From: Podarcis pityusensis
Lineage: Eukaryota
Direction: 5' to 3' (one strand)
DNA: 64,000 bases
Assembly (NCBI GenBank): GCA_964106645.2
Contig: OZ067043.1
The position numbers were made by a program, and so were the translations under genes. The notes under the pieces are model-generated. The model was given only the letters and a program-made list of their open reading frames with translations. It had not been told where the DNA came from and searched no databases. Within the stretch, counting starts at the first letter, position 1. Each line of letters starts with the position of its first letter. Of this stretch, positions 12,051 to 25,688 are shown piece after piece.

Positions 12051-12228
12051 CAGGGAGACAACATTTGCTTACTGATTGATGCAGGCGCAGTACACAACCC
12101 AAAGTCCTTGCACTAACCCTAACAGTACGTCCACTAAAATAAAACTGTATTTTCAAAGCCTGCAGGCAAGGGGGATGCAGAGACATACGAGTCTGCAGGG
12201 AGGCTATTTCATACTCTGTCATGCTAAA

Positions 12229-12298
<70 letters not shown>
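12229..12298. repeat. Compound microsatellite (TG)n(AG)n
   Basis: Directly visible in the sequence. Confidence 0.98.
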
Positions 12299-12300
<2 letters not shown>

Positions 12301-13717
12301 TCATCCCCTCCCTCTGTTTTCAGAGGGCCTCAAAGAAAGAGTGAAGTTCCTGGGCAGGCTTGCCTCAGAGACTTCTGCCCCTGCAAAGCTGCACCCTTCT
12401 GCTTTGTAGCTGAATGAATGTTAACACTGCAGTTCCCCAGGGGCTAGCCCCCAAAAGATATTTGAGGTTTCGTTGCACAAGCAAGGAGTCTGTTTGACAG
12501 AGCCACAATGGGCAGCGTGCCAGATCCTTATAGGTCTCTTTGAAGGCAGCACAAGCCTTTGATAGCTCCTCTGGGTTGTTGCTTTTTTCACCATTCCAGG
12601 CTGCATAATTATGTTCATTACGAAGAGGCTAGAAATCAATCTCGGCGGCTTACCTTTGAAGCTAGAAAATGGGTGGGGCAAAAATCCAGATAAAAAGAAA
12701 TCTAAGCCAAGCCACTTCCTTGTGGGAGTGTGCGTTCATGTGTATGTGGTGAAACAATAAAATAGTGGCCATATTTATATGCTGTATGGTGCCTATAAAG
12801 CCAGCCAGAGCTGAAGCTAGTTTTTTCTGAAAGGTCCCAGACTCTTAATGGCCAGTGGAAAAGTTTGTCAGCAAAGCGAGTTCCATGTAATGAGTGAGGG
12901 TGGGGGGAACTAACAATGTACAAGGCAACAATCCTACCCCCAATTTTCTGGGCACAAGGCACATTGAACTCAGCAGAACTTGCTTTTGCATAGGCACACA
13001 CACAGGAGTGTGCTGCAACGTATTACATTAGTGTGAGTCAACTACAGCAGTGCAGGTGAACTTGGACTTCAGGTATATTTAGAGCAGGGGTTGCCAGTCT
13101 TTATGGGTACAAATGCAAACTGGTGAAACTTTTGTTGCCCATCTTGAAGGGAAGATGTTTAAGAACCATGTGCTCTTTAAGGGAGTAGTATAAAAGCAGA
13201 ACACCACAACACATAGGGCTGAACAGCCCATTCCATTTTACATTATTCATGCATTACAGATGCAGGGAGTCAAGAGCAATTGTGACTTCCTATTGTATGT
13301 ACACATGGCAGCAAAATGTTCATCACTATATAATGTGTGAAGCAGGCCTGAGCTATTGCTCTGGAAAAAAATGTAGTTTGGGCTTAAAGTAACATTACCG
13401 CACTGTTAGTTTACAGGCAGCGCTGGCCAGACATATTTTGTCAAGCCAAGTGACTGCCCTGAACAAGCCCATCTTTGTATCCTACCAGCCCTGCATCATA
13501 GTGCAAGGGATTGCGGACCACCCCTTTTTACACACTGCCCCTTTAGCATCCCTGCAACTCTTACCATTCCAACGACGTCATTTGCTTGTGTGATCAGGCT
13601 ATATTCACTGCCAAAATGAAGAGGTGTCATTTGGGAGCTCCTTAAGTACTTTGGTCTCTAGAAGCATTGATTTGAGATTCAATTTGCAGAGAGAGAGATG
13701 CAGTTGAGAAAGTTGTT

Positions 13718-13810
13718 TATAATAATAATAATTAAAAATTTTTATTTATACCCCGCCCTTCCCGGTTCAGAAAACTGGGCTCAGGGCGGCTAACAATAAA
13801 TTTAAAACAC
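13718..13810 (-). mobile_element. LINE/SINE 3' tail (L2-like) with (TAA)n
   Basis: TAATAATAAT...TTTATTTATACCCCGCCCTTCCC...GGCTCAGGGCGGCTAACA. Confidence 0.55.
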
Positions 13811-16109
13811 TTACCGTAATTGATGCAACAACAAATAGCATAAATACAGTATAAAACGTGAACAATAAATTCAGATTTATAAGAGTCTTAAAAGGTAATT
13901 TAAAGAGGACAACATACTATTGTCCCTGAAGGAACCTGAGAGAATGCTCTTTATTGTTATATAGCTGAATGGATAACTTAACATGAATGTAAATGCCCTT
14001 GATACTTCATGGTTCAGTCAGTGGTTCCCTGCAAGCCCAGATTCTATTCTTCTTCTGTAGTTCACCTTTAAAGCACAGCAAGCCAAAGCCCTGGAATCTA
14101 GGTTAGCTAGCCTTATAGTGTTACATAATAACAAGGCTATTGTTATGACATCACTTAGTAAAAGCAACCACAAGGTTTTTTTTACTTCAAGCCAATACAC
14201 ATACTCAGATTTAAGTTTTATTTTTAAAGATGCTTAAAAGGTCACTAGCCTCATGAAAAGCTCCATTTTTCCCCTAACAGCGGCTTAGCAGCCAAGTTTT
14301 AGATGAGAAATATGCCTGCTGCATCCATTAACCTTATCAGCTCTCATCTTTAGATTTTGCTTTCACTAAAGCAAAAAACAAAACAAAAACACAACCTATA
14401 TGTTTCAAACTTTCCTGGACAGGCCTCTTTTACAGTTAAACTGTTCTAAAATGTTAGTATTGTCTGCCCCATGGGCATCAAGGGTCATTTTGCTTCTAGT
14501 CAAATTCCCTTACAAAGCTGAGTTTGTCCTTTATTAGCAGCAATGCGCTTGTTTTGACATTGTTATAGGTCAGCAGCCCCAGGTGGCTTCTCTCTTCATA
14601 TTAACAGAGTACTGCAGTACGGGCAGAGGCAAGACAGCCCATAAGGAGCCCTCTTTCCTAAAGTACATTCCCCATATGCCAGTGCTGCTTCCTCCATAAC
14701 TAGAATGTATTCTAATACATGCCAAGATAGTGGACTAAAGAGCTAATATTTTGTGCTACAATAAGTAGTAAAATTAATATTTATGATATAATGTAAGTTC
14801 TACATGAGCACTATCCTATAGTATGCGTATTCTCTACAATAGTTGATTACAATGCAAAGACAGACTAAATCAGAACAGACTGAAAAGTAATTTGGTTACC
14901 ACAATCTTTTATTCCTTTCCATTTATAAAAAGTTTAAGTTCCAGCAAAACCCAGTGTTCCATCAGCTGAGCAGCATCAAATTTGTTGGTGAATACACACG
15001 ATTTGGTCCCACAAATACAGTTAGTTACATGCTTTGTGACTAACTGTGCTGTCTAGAGATCATTAATTAAAGACTTCTCAGCCTATATTTCTTCAGCCCT
15101 AAAAACAAACCAGTGTGTTATGAGCAGCCCAGAACTAATAAGCTCTAGGAGCAATCACTGCTTGCCAGCACTCTTTGAACTATAATGGAGCATCTGTTGA
15201 TTTAATCCCCTGTGGGCTAATTCCCCTCCCCTTGCCTTTAATCGTTTTTCCTTCTGAAGTGTTTTTACCCTGAAATTGGACATGCTGTCTACTGCATATG
15301 GCCCTTTGAGGGATTCCTCTTAACACAGGCTTCCCTAGTTGGTTTTGTATTTTGGGGTGGGAGGTAGTAGGAGATACACTTTACTTAATGTTCTAACATG
15401 TTATACACACAAGCTCCAGCTGCTACACTATATTGTCTGAATAGGATGGGGAACTTTATTAGTTGTAACAGGTTTGAGCTTTTAATTCAGGCATTGACAA
15501 GGGAGGAAGCAGCAGCCACTGATGTGATTCCAGATCAGTAAACTGGCACCCAGTCTTCTGAAAGTCCAGACCAGGAGTTTCAGAATAACTGTACTGTACA
15601 GGAAAGCTTTTAACACTTACTCATCCAGGTCTGTCATATAATTCCAGTTTTTACAAGAGTTACCAGGTCCAGACCTGAATATCTTCTCCATAACTTTAAG
15701 AATTTTAGGATATTGAGGTAGACAGGATCACTTTTGCTCAATACAGTGGGTGAACAGGCTGCCCTTTTCACTGATATGGAGTACAACTTACTACCAAGGC
15801 AAGAAAAAGCAAGCCAACAGTCAACTGAAACAGTAGGGAAGAATGTGCAACTGCTGCACATTCTCATTATCCTAATTGTGCTGAAGAGCAGCAGGTAGCC
15901 CCCAAGTAGCGAGTGATTCCCCACCAACAAAGCTATGGCAGAAGGTATATTTTGTGCAGCAAATTAATGCAATGAAGCCCTTTTTATTTATTTTTAATGT
16001 GGAGGCTGCAAGTGTGAGGAGAGGAGTAATGGGAGCTACTTAACATTTTCCTTGCATGAGTTGTTTCCACTAAGTATTGCCCTCTACAGGTTTTCTGCAT
16101 CTGGAGCTA

Positions 16110-16112
<3 letters not shown>

Positions 16113-16146
<34 letters not shown>
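16113..16146. repeat. (GT)n microsatellite
   Basis: Directly visible in the sequence. Confidence 0.98.
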
Positions 16147-16149
<3 letters not shown>

Positions 16150-16758
16150 ATAGTTAGGGGGCATTTTTAAAACAAATAGCTGGCAGTCACATGGCCCCTG
16201 TCCCAATACTCCTTTGCTCAAAATGGCAGCATTCCACAGCTGCCTTTCAAATAATAAAAAACCCCCAGGATTTTACTATATACATTTCCTATATGTCTTG
16301 GCTAGCAAGTGGTTGATGGATCTCATTCTATGTGAGTTTCTGCTCCTACCGGTCTTATTCCAAGAAAGGACCAGAGATATGAAGGATATTTAACTAATGC
16401 ATTGAACTATATTATGCTTTGCCACCTGATCCAAAATTCAGAAACACTAATGCCACTACTACTCAGACCACTTTAGGTCACTGGAAACCATAGTTCACCA
16501 GCAGTTCAACCAGGAAGGAGGAAAAAAAAGTTAGCTGCACAAAGTATTTTCCAGATAAGAGAATGCTCCCCACAGGTTTCTTCTCACACAGCCAGCCTAT
16601 CCTAGTCAACTGCTAATGTGGCACATCAGTGACTTGCCAAAGCAGTTTAACATACTATATGCTCCCTTCTTCAGTGGACTGTTTCCATCACTGCTGGTTT
16701 TGTCTTAGTGCTGAATCAGGAGCTGTTGTGCTGGCAAGCACCGTGACACAGATTAACA

Positions 16759-16894
16759 GAGGCTTCCTCAACCTTGGCCCTACAGATGTTTTGAGACTAC
16801 AATTCCCATCATCCCTGACCACTGGTCCTGCTAGCTAGGGATCATGGGAGTTGTAGGCCCAAAACATCTGGAGGGCTGAGGTTGAGGAAGCCTG
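16759..16894. mobile_element. hAT-type palindromic MITE with 8-bp TSD
   Basis: Perfect TSD GATTAACA at 16751-16758 and 16895-16902. TIRs AGGCTTCCTCAACCT ... AGGTTGAGGAAGCCT. Degenerate relatives near 21328-21415, 35884-36016, 40232-40376, 60950-61057 and 63290-63392. Confidence 0.9.
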
Positions 16895-17331
16895 GATTAA
16901 CAGAATCTGGGGTAAAGTGGATTGCTTACCAGAATATTTTCTCTTGCGGCTCAGTCTCAATATTTCATTTTAATATTTAAACACTGCAAATTATGAATGA
17001 TGAGAATAATCAGTTCCTTGAAGCTGGCCGATACGATCCATATCACACACGCAGGGACCAGCAATGCAATTGTTCCTTTTCCAGAAAGGGACACTGGGAA
17101 ATCTCTGAACAGAACATATATATACACACAACACACCCTTCTCAGCCCCCTGCATCATACTTGCATGTGCTAATATCACCAGGTCATAGGTTGAGGTTAA
17201 TACTGTCCTTCTACCTCAATGTTGCATCTGTACAAAAGGCAGCGGAGTGTGTGTGAGAACAGTACGTATGTTTCTCTGCTCTTTAATTTGTTTTCTCATT
17301 AGAAAGAATGAGGCAATCCTTAGGTGAAGTT

Positions 17332-17468
17332 TTAAAGGTTACTCAAGTTGAGCTCAGGAGGAGTGTCAGTCAGCTCACTGCTGAGGTCTTCTGTGTCCAG
17401 CGTGCCACCAGCTGCCCCTCCAGGGGTCTTCTTTTCTAGCTTCAAGCCTGGTATGGAAATCTTGTCAT
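17332..17468 (-). CDS. CCDC163: CCDC163-like coding exon 11 (DDKISIP...TPPELNLSNL*)
   Basis: Acceptor tacttgtag|, phase 1, TAA at 17334-17332. Confidence 0.75.
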
Positions 17469-17904
17469 CTACAAGTACAATACAAAGTAATTAGCTGACT
17501 AATGTGGTTGTTGTTATAACATTTTGCAATTCAACAGTATAGAATTAATAAGCTAGAAAGAAGTGCTTTCAAAAAAAGAGGGGAAGTTTAAAAAAATGAA
17601 AAGATTGAAAGAAAACTAGTAGACCACTTTTCTGAGCTACTATGCAGCACCATATTTTTCCATACGTTAAAATTTTAATAAACAAAGTGTTCTCTTCCAG
17701 GACCACCACATGTACAGATGTTAAGTCTTGTACGCAATCATCCACAAGCATCACCTTAGAGCCAGCAGTGAGTATATCTATAAGCTTCCCTTTCATATTT
17801 ATTACAAGTAGTGTCAAACCCATTTGTCAAGAGCTTCAGAAGAGCCTTCAAGCACCCAGCTATGATGGAGTGATTGGTTTTCCTTTACAAAACCCAAAGG
17901 ATTA

Positions 17905-18113
17905 CAGTGGTACCTCAGGTTACATACGTTTCAGGTTACAGACTCCGCTAACCCAGAAATAGTACCTCGGGTTAAGAACTTTGCTTCAGGATGAGAACAG
18001 AAATCGTGTTCTGGCGGCGCAGCAGCAGTGGGAGGCCCCATTAGCTAAAGTGGTGCTTCAGGTTAAGAATGGACATTCGGAACGAATTAAGTACTTAACC
18101 CGAGGTACCACTG
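17905..18113. mobile_element. Tc1/mariner-type MITE, subfamily B (internally deleted)
   Basis: TA|CAGTGGTACCTCAGGTTA ... TAACCCGAGGTACCACTG|TA. Confidence 0.9.
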
Positions 18114-18633
18114 TATTTGGCTCATCCCCTAGGCATGAGCTTGGATGTACAAAATCTTCTGGCAAAAGAAGACTCTACAGAGGGAAACAGCTCTAGTAAA
18201 GATCCTTGAAAACACTTTGAGGGCACCAGAACAGAACACAGTAGAAATGTAGCAGCTTCCTTCAGAAAGACTGAGTCACTAGGATTAGGGTAGAGAAAAA
18301 GCAAAATGCAAAGAGGTTTAAAGAGAATCTGTACACAAGAATCTTAAGCATCTTAATGAAATAGGGTAAGAATTCCCCTGACGAGAATGTTAATCCCTTT
18401 ATTCTCAAAACTGAGGGTTCCTCTATGTGGTGCAATATGGCTTTTGATATTTCAGAAACAGAAGAAAAGTAAACACAGCAAGTAGTATTTTCAGTATCAA
18501 TCCGTTCCTCTTCCAGGGTATTCTGGCAATGCTGCAATTCAAAATAAAAACTTGTAGAGATAAACTTCACAGTCCCAGAGCAATCACTAGGTAATGGTTT
18601 CAGTAAATATTTCAGAGTTACACCCAGGCTCAC

Positions 18634-18765
18634 CAGCAAGTTGTGCAATCTCTGGTTCACTAAAGAGTTCATCTGAGCTGACATCTGTGAGACTGAACTC
18701 AGAGGCTGAATCGTCACTGAGAAGGGATGACAAGGTAGCATCATGCAGCAAAACTCTCTTTTTTC
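18634..18765 (-). CDS. CCDC163: CCDC163-like coding exon 10 (RKKRVLL...acidic Ser-rich)
   Basis: Acceptor gtctcctag|, donor G|gtgagc. Lies in ORF 18587..18883. Confidence 0.8.
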
Positions 18766-19567
18766 CTAGGAGACAAAGTTCAAGGCAGATTAGGGAGACT
18801 AGCAGCTCACTTAAAATTCTGAGCTTTTTCTCAAAGCAATGTTTACAACTTAGTAAATGATTGAGTTTGCCCTTACTGTCCAAAGTCCCAATGATTCAAG
18901 ACAAGACCATGTATGCAATGCCAGTATACTTTTTTCTAATTAAGAGCTTTATTATTTCCATTTAAAATATGGCTGGCACCTGGGTTTATATGTGGAAAGT
19001 GTCATGCATACATAGGGCAGGATTCACCTTACTAGTCCTGTTAGTGGAAGCCTATGCAAGGGAGCTTATCTTTTCCCCTAGCACTCCTGAAATTGGTTTC
19101 AGCAGCGTTGGGAGAAGCCCCAGGTCAGGGCATGGGGGAAGGAGAGAGAGGGAATTGTTCCACCTGGTAAGCTGACATAGTGTGACACTGAATTCTTTCC
19201 AAAATTAGTAAAACTGAGAAAAGTGAACTGCTTCTCTGACCATGTATATTTTTTACAGGAGCAGAATATTTCACAGCTGAAGATGAGAGTCTAATGGGTT
19301 GTGCTGAAGAAACACTGGTACAATGAGGGCCATTTTACACAATGTTATATTTTCCTTCAAAAAGTTAATATATCCATAGCAAAAAGCAAATACTCTTTCA
19401 AGCATCTGAGTGCTTATTTTGCAACAAGACTGACAAATGGATGTGCAGCAGCTGCCCAGTCCACAAACTTGCAGCAAAATGAGCCCTCATGCCACACTTC
19501 CCATGTGCACCCATTTTCCTAATCAGAAATGCTCTCAGTGTCAGGTGTTCTAAGAACAAGCACTTAC

Positions 19568-19662
19568 TTAGACGGAGGTTTTTGTCTCTTAGTGGACCAG
19601 CGTAGAGTTCATCCTCCAAGTGCAGACCTTTCACCTGTTCTTTTAGGTCAGTAACTGTACTT
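19568..19662 (-). CDS. CCDC163: CCDC163-like coding exon 9 (STVTDLKEQVKGL...)
   Basis: Acceptor ttttaatcag|, donor A|gtaagt. Lies in ORF 19398..19691. Confidence 0.8.
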
Positions 19663-21669
19663 CTGATTAAAACAAATTCAAAAGCCCACATAAATTATTA
19701 GTGCAGATGGAAGAAACATATTTATAAGAGATGAGGCACTCTTGCACCTCATAAATCTGAGCGATGCAGTCAAGTAAGCTCATAACAGCTCTGTGCGATT
19801 CACTTAATGTCCGAAAGTATCTGTAGGCAGTGAAATAATCAAGCCTTCAGTTAAAATGGAAATGCTTGATGAGCTAATGAAAAGCAAGCCATGACTGACT
19901 TCAGTGACAGAGCAGCTAAGTTTATTTCAATGATATATTCAATGGCTTCTCTGGTGTTGCTTACTTAGAATCATTCATAGATTTGGGAGGAATACAGGGA
20001 AATAAGAGGAACTAGAGAGAAAAGAGTTTGATCCTCTGAATTCAAACCACTATAATGTGACTCAGTCACTACAGGTTCTGTGAACCTGGGTGATAATTGC
20101 TGGAGAATGTTCTTTCATTTCCAAGAGATGAATACTAGGAAATGGACATGTACTGTGCCACTCAGTACATCCCCTCTTATTAGATCCAAGCAGTTCCTGG
20201 ATGAGATTATCAATGTCTACTAAGTCTGTGTAGGCTATGCACTACCTCCAGTCCCAGATCACATGCAGAAAAGTGCTATTGAACTCATGTCCTATACTTG
20301 TGGATTTCCCATAGCCATCTGATTGATAGGGCTGGGGAAGAAATTCAATTCACTTTGCATTCAAAGGCAACCTTATCTAATTCAGATTTTCCAAAAAAAA
20401 ATATGAGAACTGAAATCCAACCATCTTTCCCAATTTGTGCTCCTCCAATTTTTGCAATGCAGTTCCCCAGGCCAGTAATGTGTACAAAAATGCACATACT
20501 AAGGTAAAGTGTGCATACAAATGCATATGTTATGGAAAATAACATACAAAAATGTTTATATTATGCAACATTGCATATAAAATGTACATATTACTTAATA
20601 AAATCACACTAACACTCTGATTAATTTTCATGAGGTTTTTTTTTGGGGGGGGAGATGAAAACTGATGTAGAAATGTGAAGAACTGAACTTAAGTATGGAA
20701 AAACAGGAAACTGAAATTGACATCTCTGTCCATCCCTACTGGCTGATCACTGCAAAAACAGAATGCTGGACCAGTCAGACCTCTAATCTGAACCAGCAGG
20801 GCTCTTAGGTTCTTACAGTTCAAGGCAAAAGCTATAAAATGCAGCAAGGCAAAAAAGCAAATACTTAATCTCAATGAAAGGGGACAGAAACAGGAAGTAG
20901 TGGACAGAGGTAGCTGATGTTTGAAGTGGCATGTTTGTGAGCTCTCTTGATAGAAACCCCTCTCTAAACAGCACCAAGTGTATCATCAAATTCACTGGGC
21001 TCGTTCCCAAGTTAACTTAAGGAAGTTCACAGAAGGAAAGTTTCCTGCCTTCTCCAGCCACCTGTGCTCCCTGAAAAGTCAGTCTGGGAGGTCAGGAGCC
21101 CTCTTGAGCAATGTGGGATGGGTGAATCACCCCAAACCAGGATTGATCTCAATGGGCTCAATGTAAAGTTAACAGAAGGAACACTTCCCTTTCTCTTTTC
21201 CCCAGCAGTCCCATTTCACATTGCTCATGAAGAACTGACCCTACACAGAAGTTGTTTGGGCCTGGGCTGGGGTGTCAAGTGGCTATAGGGAGAAGGGGAT
21301 GGGAAACATCCAAACCATTGGGTGACTAGGGCAGCCTTCTTCAACCTGCTACCATCCTGTCTGGTCAGGAATTAGTCCAAACCCTCTGGAAGGCCCCAGA
21401 TTAGGGAAGTCTGGTTTGGGAAGAAAGCAAACTGCTAGCCTTCTGCAGCACCTTCAAAGATTCCTGTCTCATCATTGCCTTTTTGGAGGCTAATGCAATG
21501 AATAGGAGGCCCTCTGGTGGACAACTGTCTACTAGCAACCATCTACAACACCATTTTTGAATAAGAGAAACAGTGGTAATAATTTAGCAACCATGCACGT
21601 CTCAATCCTGCATTGAACCACGGGCAGCTATCAAGTGAAGCACATACAGCATAACATGTGTTTCCCTAC

Positions 21670-21770
21670 TTGACATGACTAAGTTCCTTCTGAGTGCTCT
21701 GGGTCTCAATCCTAGCTTTGTCCAAATCCTTAGTCTGAGCTTTATGACTGTCCTTCAGATCTTCCAGCAT
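21670..21770 (-). CDS. CCDC163: CCDC163-like coding exon 8 (MLEDLKDSHKAQ...)
   Basis: Acceptor ttattcccag|, donor AA|gtaggg. Heptad-like sequence. Confidence 0.75.
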
Positions 21771-23179
21771 CTGGGAATAAGAAGACAGATAACTATGGTT
21801 TTAACCTAAGCTTTTAGGGTTAATTTTGTTTTTAAAAGAAATTCCCCCCACAAAAAAAACATAAGCAGGGAGTTAAGAGTGTTTTGGGTATTTGCTTGTT
21901 TTTTAGTTTTTAAGTATATCCATAGTTTCCCAGTCATGTATTCTGCTGCAGAGATTAGCATATACCCACAGACAGAAGCAGAATGGCAAACACATGTGAC
22001 CATATTCCTAATACCACTGCACTGGTTTTTCCAGGCTAGGGAAGCACAGCACAGTGGTATAATGGCCTTAAGAGGTGCCCACAAGTTTCCACAATGTTTG
22101 GAAGCAGTACTAAGTCATTAACTATGTTTTAAGTGAATTAGGCTGTGAACAAGCTAAGCATCTGTGTATACAGCTGTAACCCTCCCACTTGACTCCTCCC
22201 TCCATGAACAAAACAAACAATGAAATCATTTTGCATTCAAACCAGCACTTCTGGTTTGTCTCCAAATAAAACCTCACAATTTGAAGCCAAGGTTAAATCA
22301 TTACTTCCCAATGGTGGTTTGTTTGCTCTAAGCCCACACTCTATTTTAATGTGAAAGCTGGAAAGGCAGGACATACATCAAGACTGATGGTGGTGGCTAC
22401 AGTTCAGGAATCTTTCCATAGCTTAAGAAACCATCATTAGGGAAGGAAGAGTATTTAAACAAGTGGCATCAAAGGTGAATGACTACTTCTTGAACTGAAT
22501 ATTTGCTCGAGCAGCAGGTGGGGCAAATCTTGGCCAACCAGGCTATTTTCCACAAACCATGCCCACCAGTCAACCTGCTGACAAATCCAAGTGGCACCAG
22601 CTGATTGTCAGGTGGGCAGGGTTCAATTCTGCCTTGGCTGCGCAAACAGGTACCTGCAACCCTTTACTTCTCAGCTGATAAGCAAAGCTTAACTCCTTCT
22701 CATGTTGGCTGTATGAGCAGGCACCACAGTCAAGGCAAGCCAAAAGGAAGGTGCTTTTTATGAGCAGTGAAAGAAAGGAAGAGTTTTCACAAGCCAAGGC
22801 AGAGTGCATGAGGGAAAAGGCCTTTGCTTGCAAAATGGCCCTTTCTTCATTTCCTCCTGGACGCAAGGATTTTCGCAAGTGGGCAGGACACTCACCTGTC
22901 AATCATGTAACATGTCATAGAATTGACGGGTAGGTTGTTGACCTGCGAGGAGGTGCCAGATAAAGCAAAAAAAGGTTCCTCATCCCTGTGCCAGAGTCAT
23001 CTAGCTTGTAGGTATAGTGTAATCTTGTTCTAATCTTTCAGTCATCTCTGTCTTGTCTGTCCAATATATTTTAGATATCTGGGGTAGGGACTGCATCCGC
23101 CCTTCATGTTCCATGCTGGGCCTAGGACTACTAGCACAAAGTGATTGGGTAGCAGCAGGGAACCTTTTTAACAACGTAC

Positions 23180-23256
23180 CTGACAGTATCTTCTTTGAGT
23201 CTTCTTTATCTCATCAGTTGCAGACACTTGGTGGAACAGATCATCCTCTTGTTGAT
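23180..23256 (-). CDS. CCDC163: CCDC163-like coding exon 7 (DQQEDDLFHQVSATDEIKKTQRRYCQ)
   Basis: Acceptor ccctttag|, donor CAG|gtacgt. Confidence 0.8.
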
Positions 23257-23401
23257 CTAAAGGGTGCAATAAGCCATGTCATTTTCTCAATTCTGTACAT
23301 ATTTCTCTCTTCCCAATGAGGCCCACAGGGCACATAGCCTTTATCCCAATAGTTATTACAGGACAGAGGCCAGGGGAGGAGGAGCATCAAGTAGTACTTG
23401 C

Positions 23402-23469
23402 CTAGTTTGTGCTTCAGGTGTTCCATCTCTCTTTTGATGCACTTATATTCTTGCCACAAGATTTTCTTA
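23402..23469 (-). CDS. CCDC163: CCDC163-like coding exon 6 (SKKILWQEYKCIKREMEHLKHKL)
   Basis: Acceptor cttattctag|, non-canonical donor TAG|gcaagt. Confidence 0.8.
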
Positions 23470-24004
23470 CTAGAATAAGAAGGAAATCACGAACTGAATT
23501 AAGACAACAGGGATCACTTTTCTGGATTTACTGCAAAGTCCATTCCAAATTCAGCTGTTTTAAAACATTAACAGTTTTGAAATTTATGGAATTGGCCCCA
23601 TGCCATTCTGATTCCCAGAGAAATGGTAAGATAGAGCTCAAGCATGCTTGCATTGTTGGCTTTCTATAGGCTAGAAATCAGTGAAAAATATATTGCTAAC
23701 CTACAGGGGTCCACTCAGGTAACACAATTCACTACAAGCAAGTGGTTATTAGAACAGCAACTGTTATTCTTCCCAGCACAGCAGCAACCCCATTCAAGAA
23801 AACTTGGCAGAGGCCACAGTTCATTCAAGTCTTTGAAGACATTCTCAAATTGCAAATGACATGCCAACTTTCTTCCAGCAATTAATGATCTGCAGTTGAC
23901 ACTTGGAAAAGTACTGTTCTTTGTCCATCACCACACTATCCCACTCATCTCGAACATCCCTATACATAAAGCAGTTACTTTCACTAGATAGCTCAATTGC
24001 TGAC

Positions 24005-24185
24005 CTCTCCCGCATATCTTGCATGATGCCAGGGTTGGAAAAAGGATCAGGAGTACAGTCACCATCTGACTGCTGAAACACTTGCTGCCGAAGGCTACGG
24101 AACTCAGTCTTCAGCCCTTCCATCCTGACTCCCAGCACTGAGTCTAAGCTGCCGTGAGAATTGTGCTGCAGTCGATCCACCTCCT
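24005..24185 (-). CDS. CCDC163: CCDC163-like coding exon 5 (EEVDRLQHN...MQDMRE)
   Basis: Acceptor atgttgcag|, donor AG|gtcagc. Lies in the frame of ORF 23845..24180. Confidence 0.8.
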
Positions 24186-24965
24186 CTGCAACATGAAGCA
24201 GGACAGGACGAAATTAGCCAACAGTATTCCCCTTGGCTGTTGTGGAGATACAGTGACATTGATGCCCATTCACCATTGGTGCACGGCAGTCTGTTAACCA
24301 CATTCAAGAGAGGTTTGTCCCCATCAGAATACCATGGAGCTGGCAAGAGTGCTGACAGACATAAATGAAGTGTGGATTCAAGTATGAGGAAGGAGGGAGG
24401 TGAAGTGGCTGGATTCTTAGGTACCATGACATATTTCTCATAACAGGGTTATCAGCTAAGCAAGAGAAGAATCTTCCAACAGTTTCATTGGGTTTTTGTT
24501 CATTTCTGGGTCCAATTAAAAAATGCTAATTATTATCACTCACTAAAATCTGCTGGAGGGACTCTCCTTCATGTCTCAGTGATGAATTATGTTAGGCTGG
24601 ACTGCAGCACAAACCCACTCTGCAGTTGCACCAGCTATGGGGAACTTTTTTTATGTCCACCCTGCTCCATCCCATTAGCTTCTAAAGATGACTCTTTTGG
24701 GAGTTGTTGATGTTTGAAACCTCCTGAACTGAGGCATTTTCTGTGCATGCACGCTCTCTCCCATATTGTGCTTTTACCTTGTATATTTCTCAAACTGTAA
24801 TTGTAAGCTGCTTTGAACATTTTAATACAAAAAGCAAAAATAGAAAAATACACATTTTAAGTAAAATAAATAAAACTTGTGCTCTTTTAGGTGCAACTTG
24901 TTTGAACACATCAGAGAAAGGGCAGTCTGGCAGAGGCAATGCCAAACTGGACAAATCTCTTATAC

Positions 24966-25047
24966 CCTCTAGGTGACTGATACTCTGCTGCTGCAGTTCC
25001 TTCTCCTGTTTCAGCCGATGTACTGCCTGGGTGAGGGATTCTATGAC
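24966..25047 (-). CDS. CCDC163: CCDC163-like coding exon 4 (VIESLTQAVHRLKQEKELQQQSISHLE)
   Basis: Acceptor ttctttctcttag|, donor G|gtataa. Coiled-coil-like sequence. Confidence 0.8.
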
Positions 25048-25527
25048 CTAAGAGAAAGAAAGGAGGACCAGAGTCATGGGAACAGCAAATGCCATCATAA
25101 GCAAGAAGCCCTCAAAATCTTAGGCTGGAACATAATATACTAGAAAAACTAATCCTAACCAAATTGTTGGTTTGAGAACGTGTATTATTTCCTGTTACAT
25201 GATTTACCGTAAATCTCACATTTCCTCCAAGGAGCAGGGGTTGGAATTCATGGAATTCCCCACTACTCTAACTCCACGACAATCTAGTGATGCAGACTAA
25301 ATTGAGGCACAATGGCCGGCCAAGGTCTCACAGCGAGTTTTATGCCTGAACAGCAATTTACAACCCAGATCTGTCTGCTTTAAATTCAACCATCTACTGT
25401 ATGGCACTATCTTCTCATGTGCAAGACTTTGCATGTGGTTTTGCTGGTGTATGCACCCAGATGTATTAGCAAAGCTTTTCTCTACACCATAGCATAGTAG
25501 CTTGCACATCATTTCAGTGTCACTTAC

Positions 25528-25688
25528 CTGGGCTTGGGAATGCAATTGCTTGCTGATGGCAGAAAGCTCCTCAGCAGCCATTCTACAGCATGAGTGAGCT
25601 CCACATGTGAAATGCAGGGGTGGTGGTCCAGTCTGTTGCTCAGTCAGAGCAGCACTCTCAGTATTTATTCTGTCTAGCAAGAGATCAG
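25528..25688 (-). CDS. CCDC163: CCDC163-like coding exon 3 (ADLLLDR...SKQLHSQAQ)
   Basis: Acceptor cccaacag|, donor CAG|gtaagt. Lies in ORF 25297..25725. Confidence 0.75.

Noticed and set aside
12076-12417. ORF with CVCVCV/ERERER repeats
   Set aside because: Translation of the (TG)n(AG)n microsatellite.
18120-18290. Possible extra CCDC163-like exon in the last intron
   Set aside because: The phase-1 acceptors I tested run into stops without a good donor. Exon 10 joins exon 11 in frame without it.
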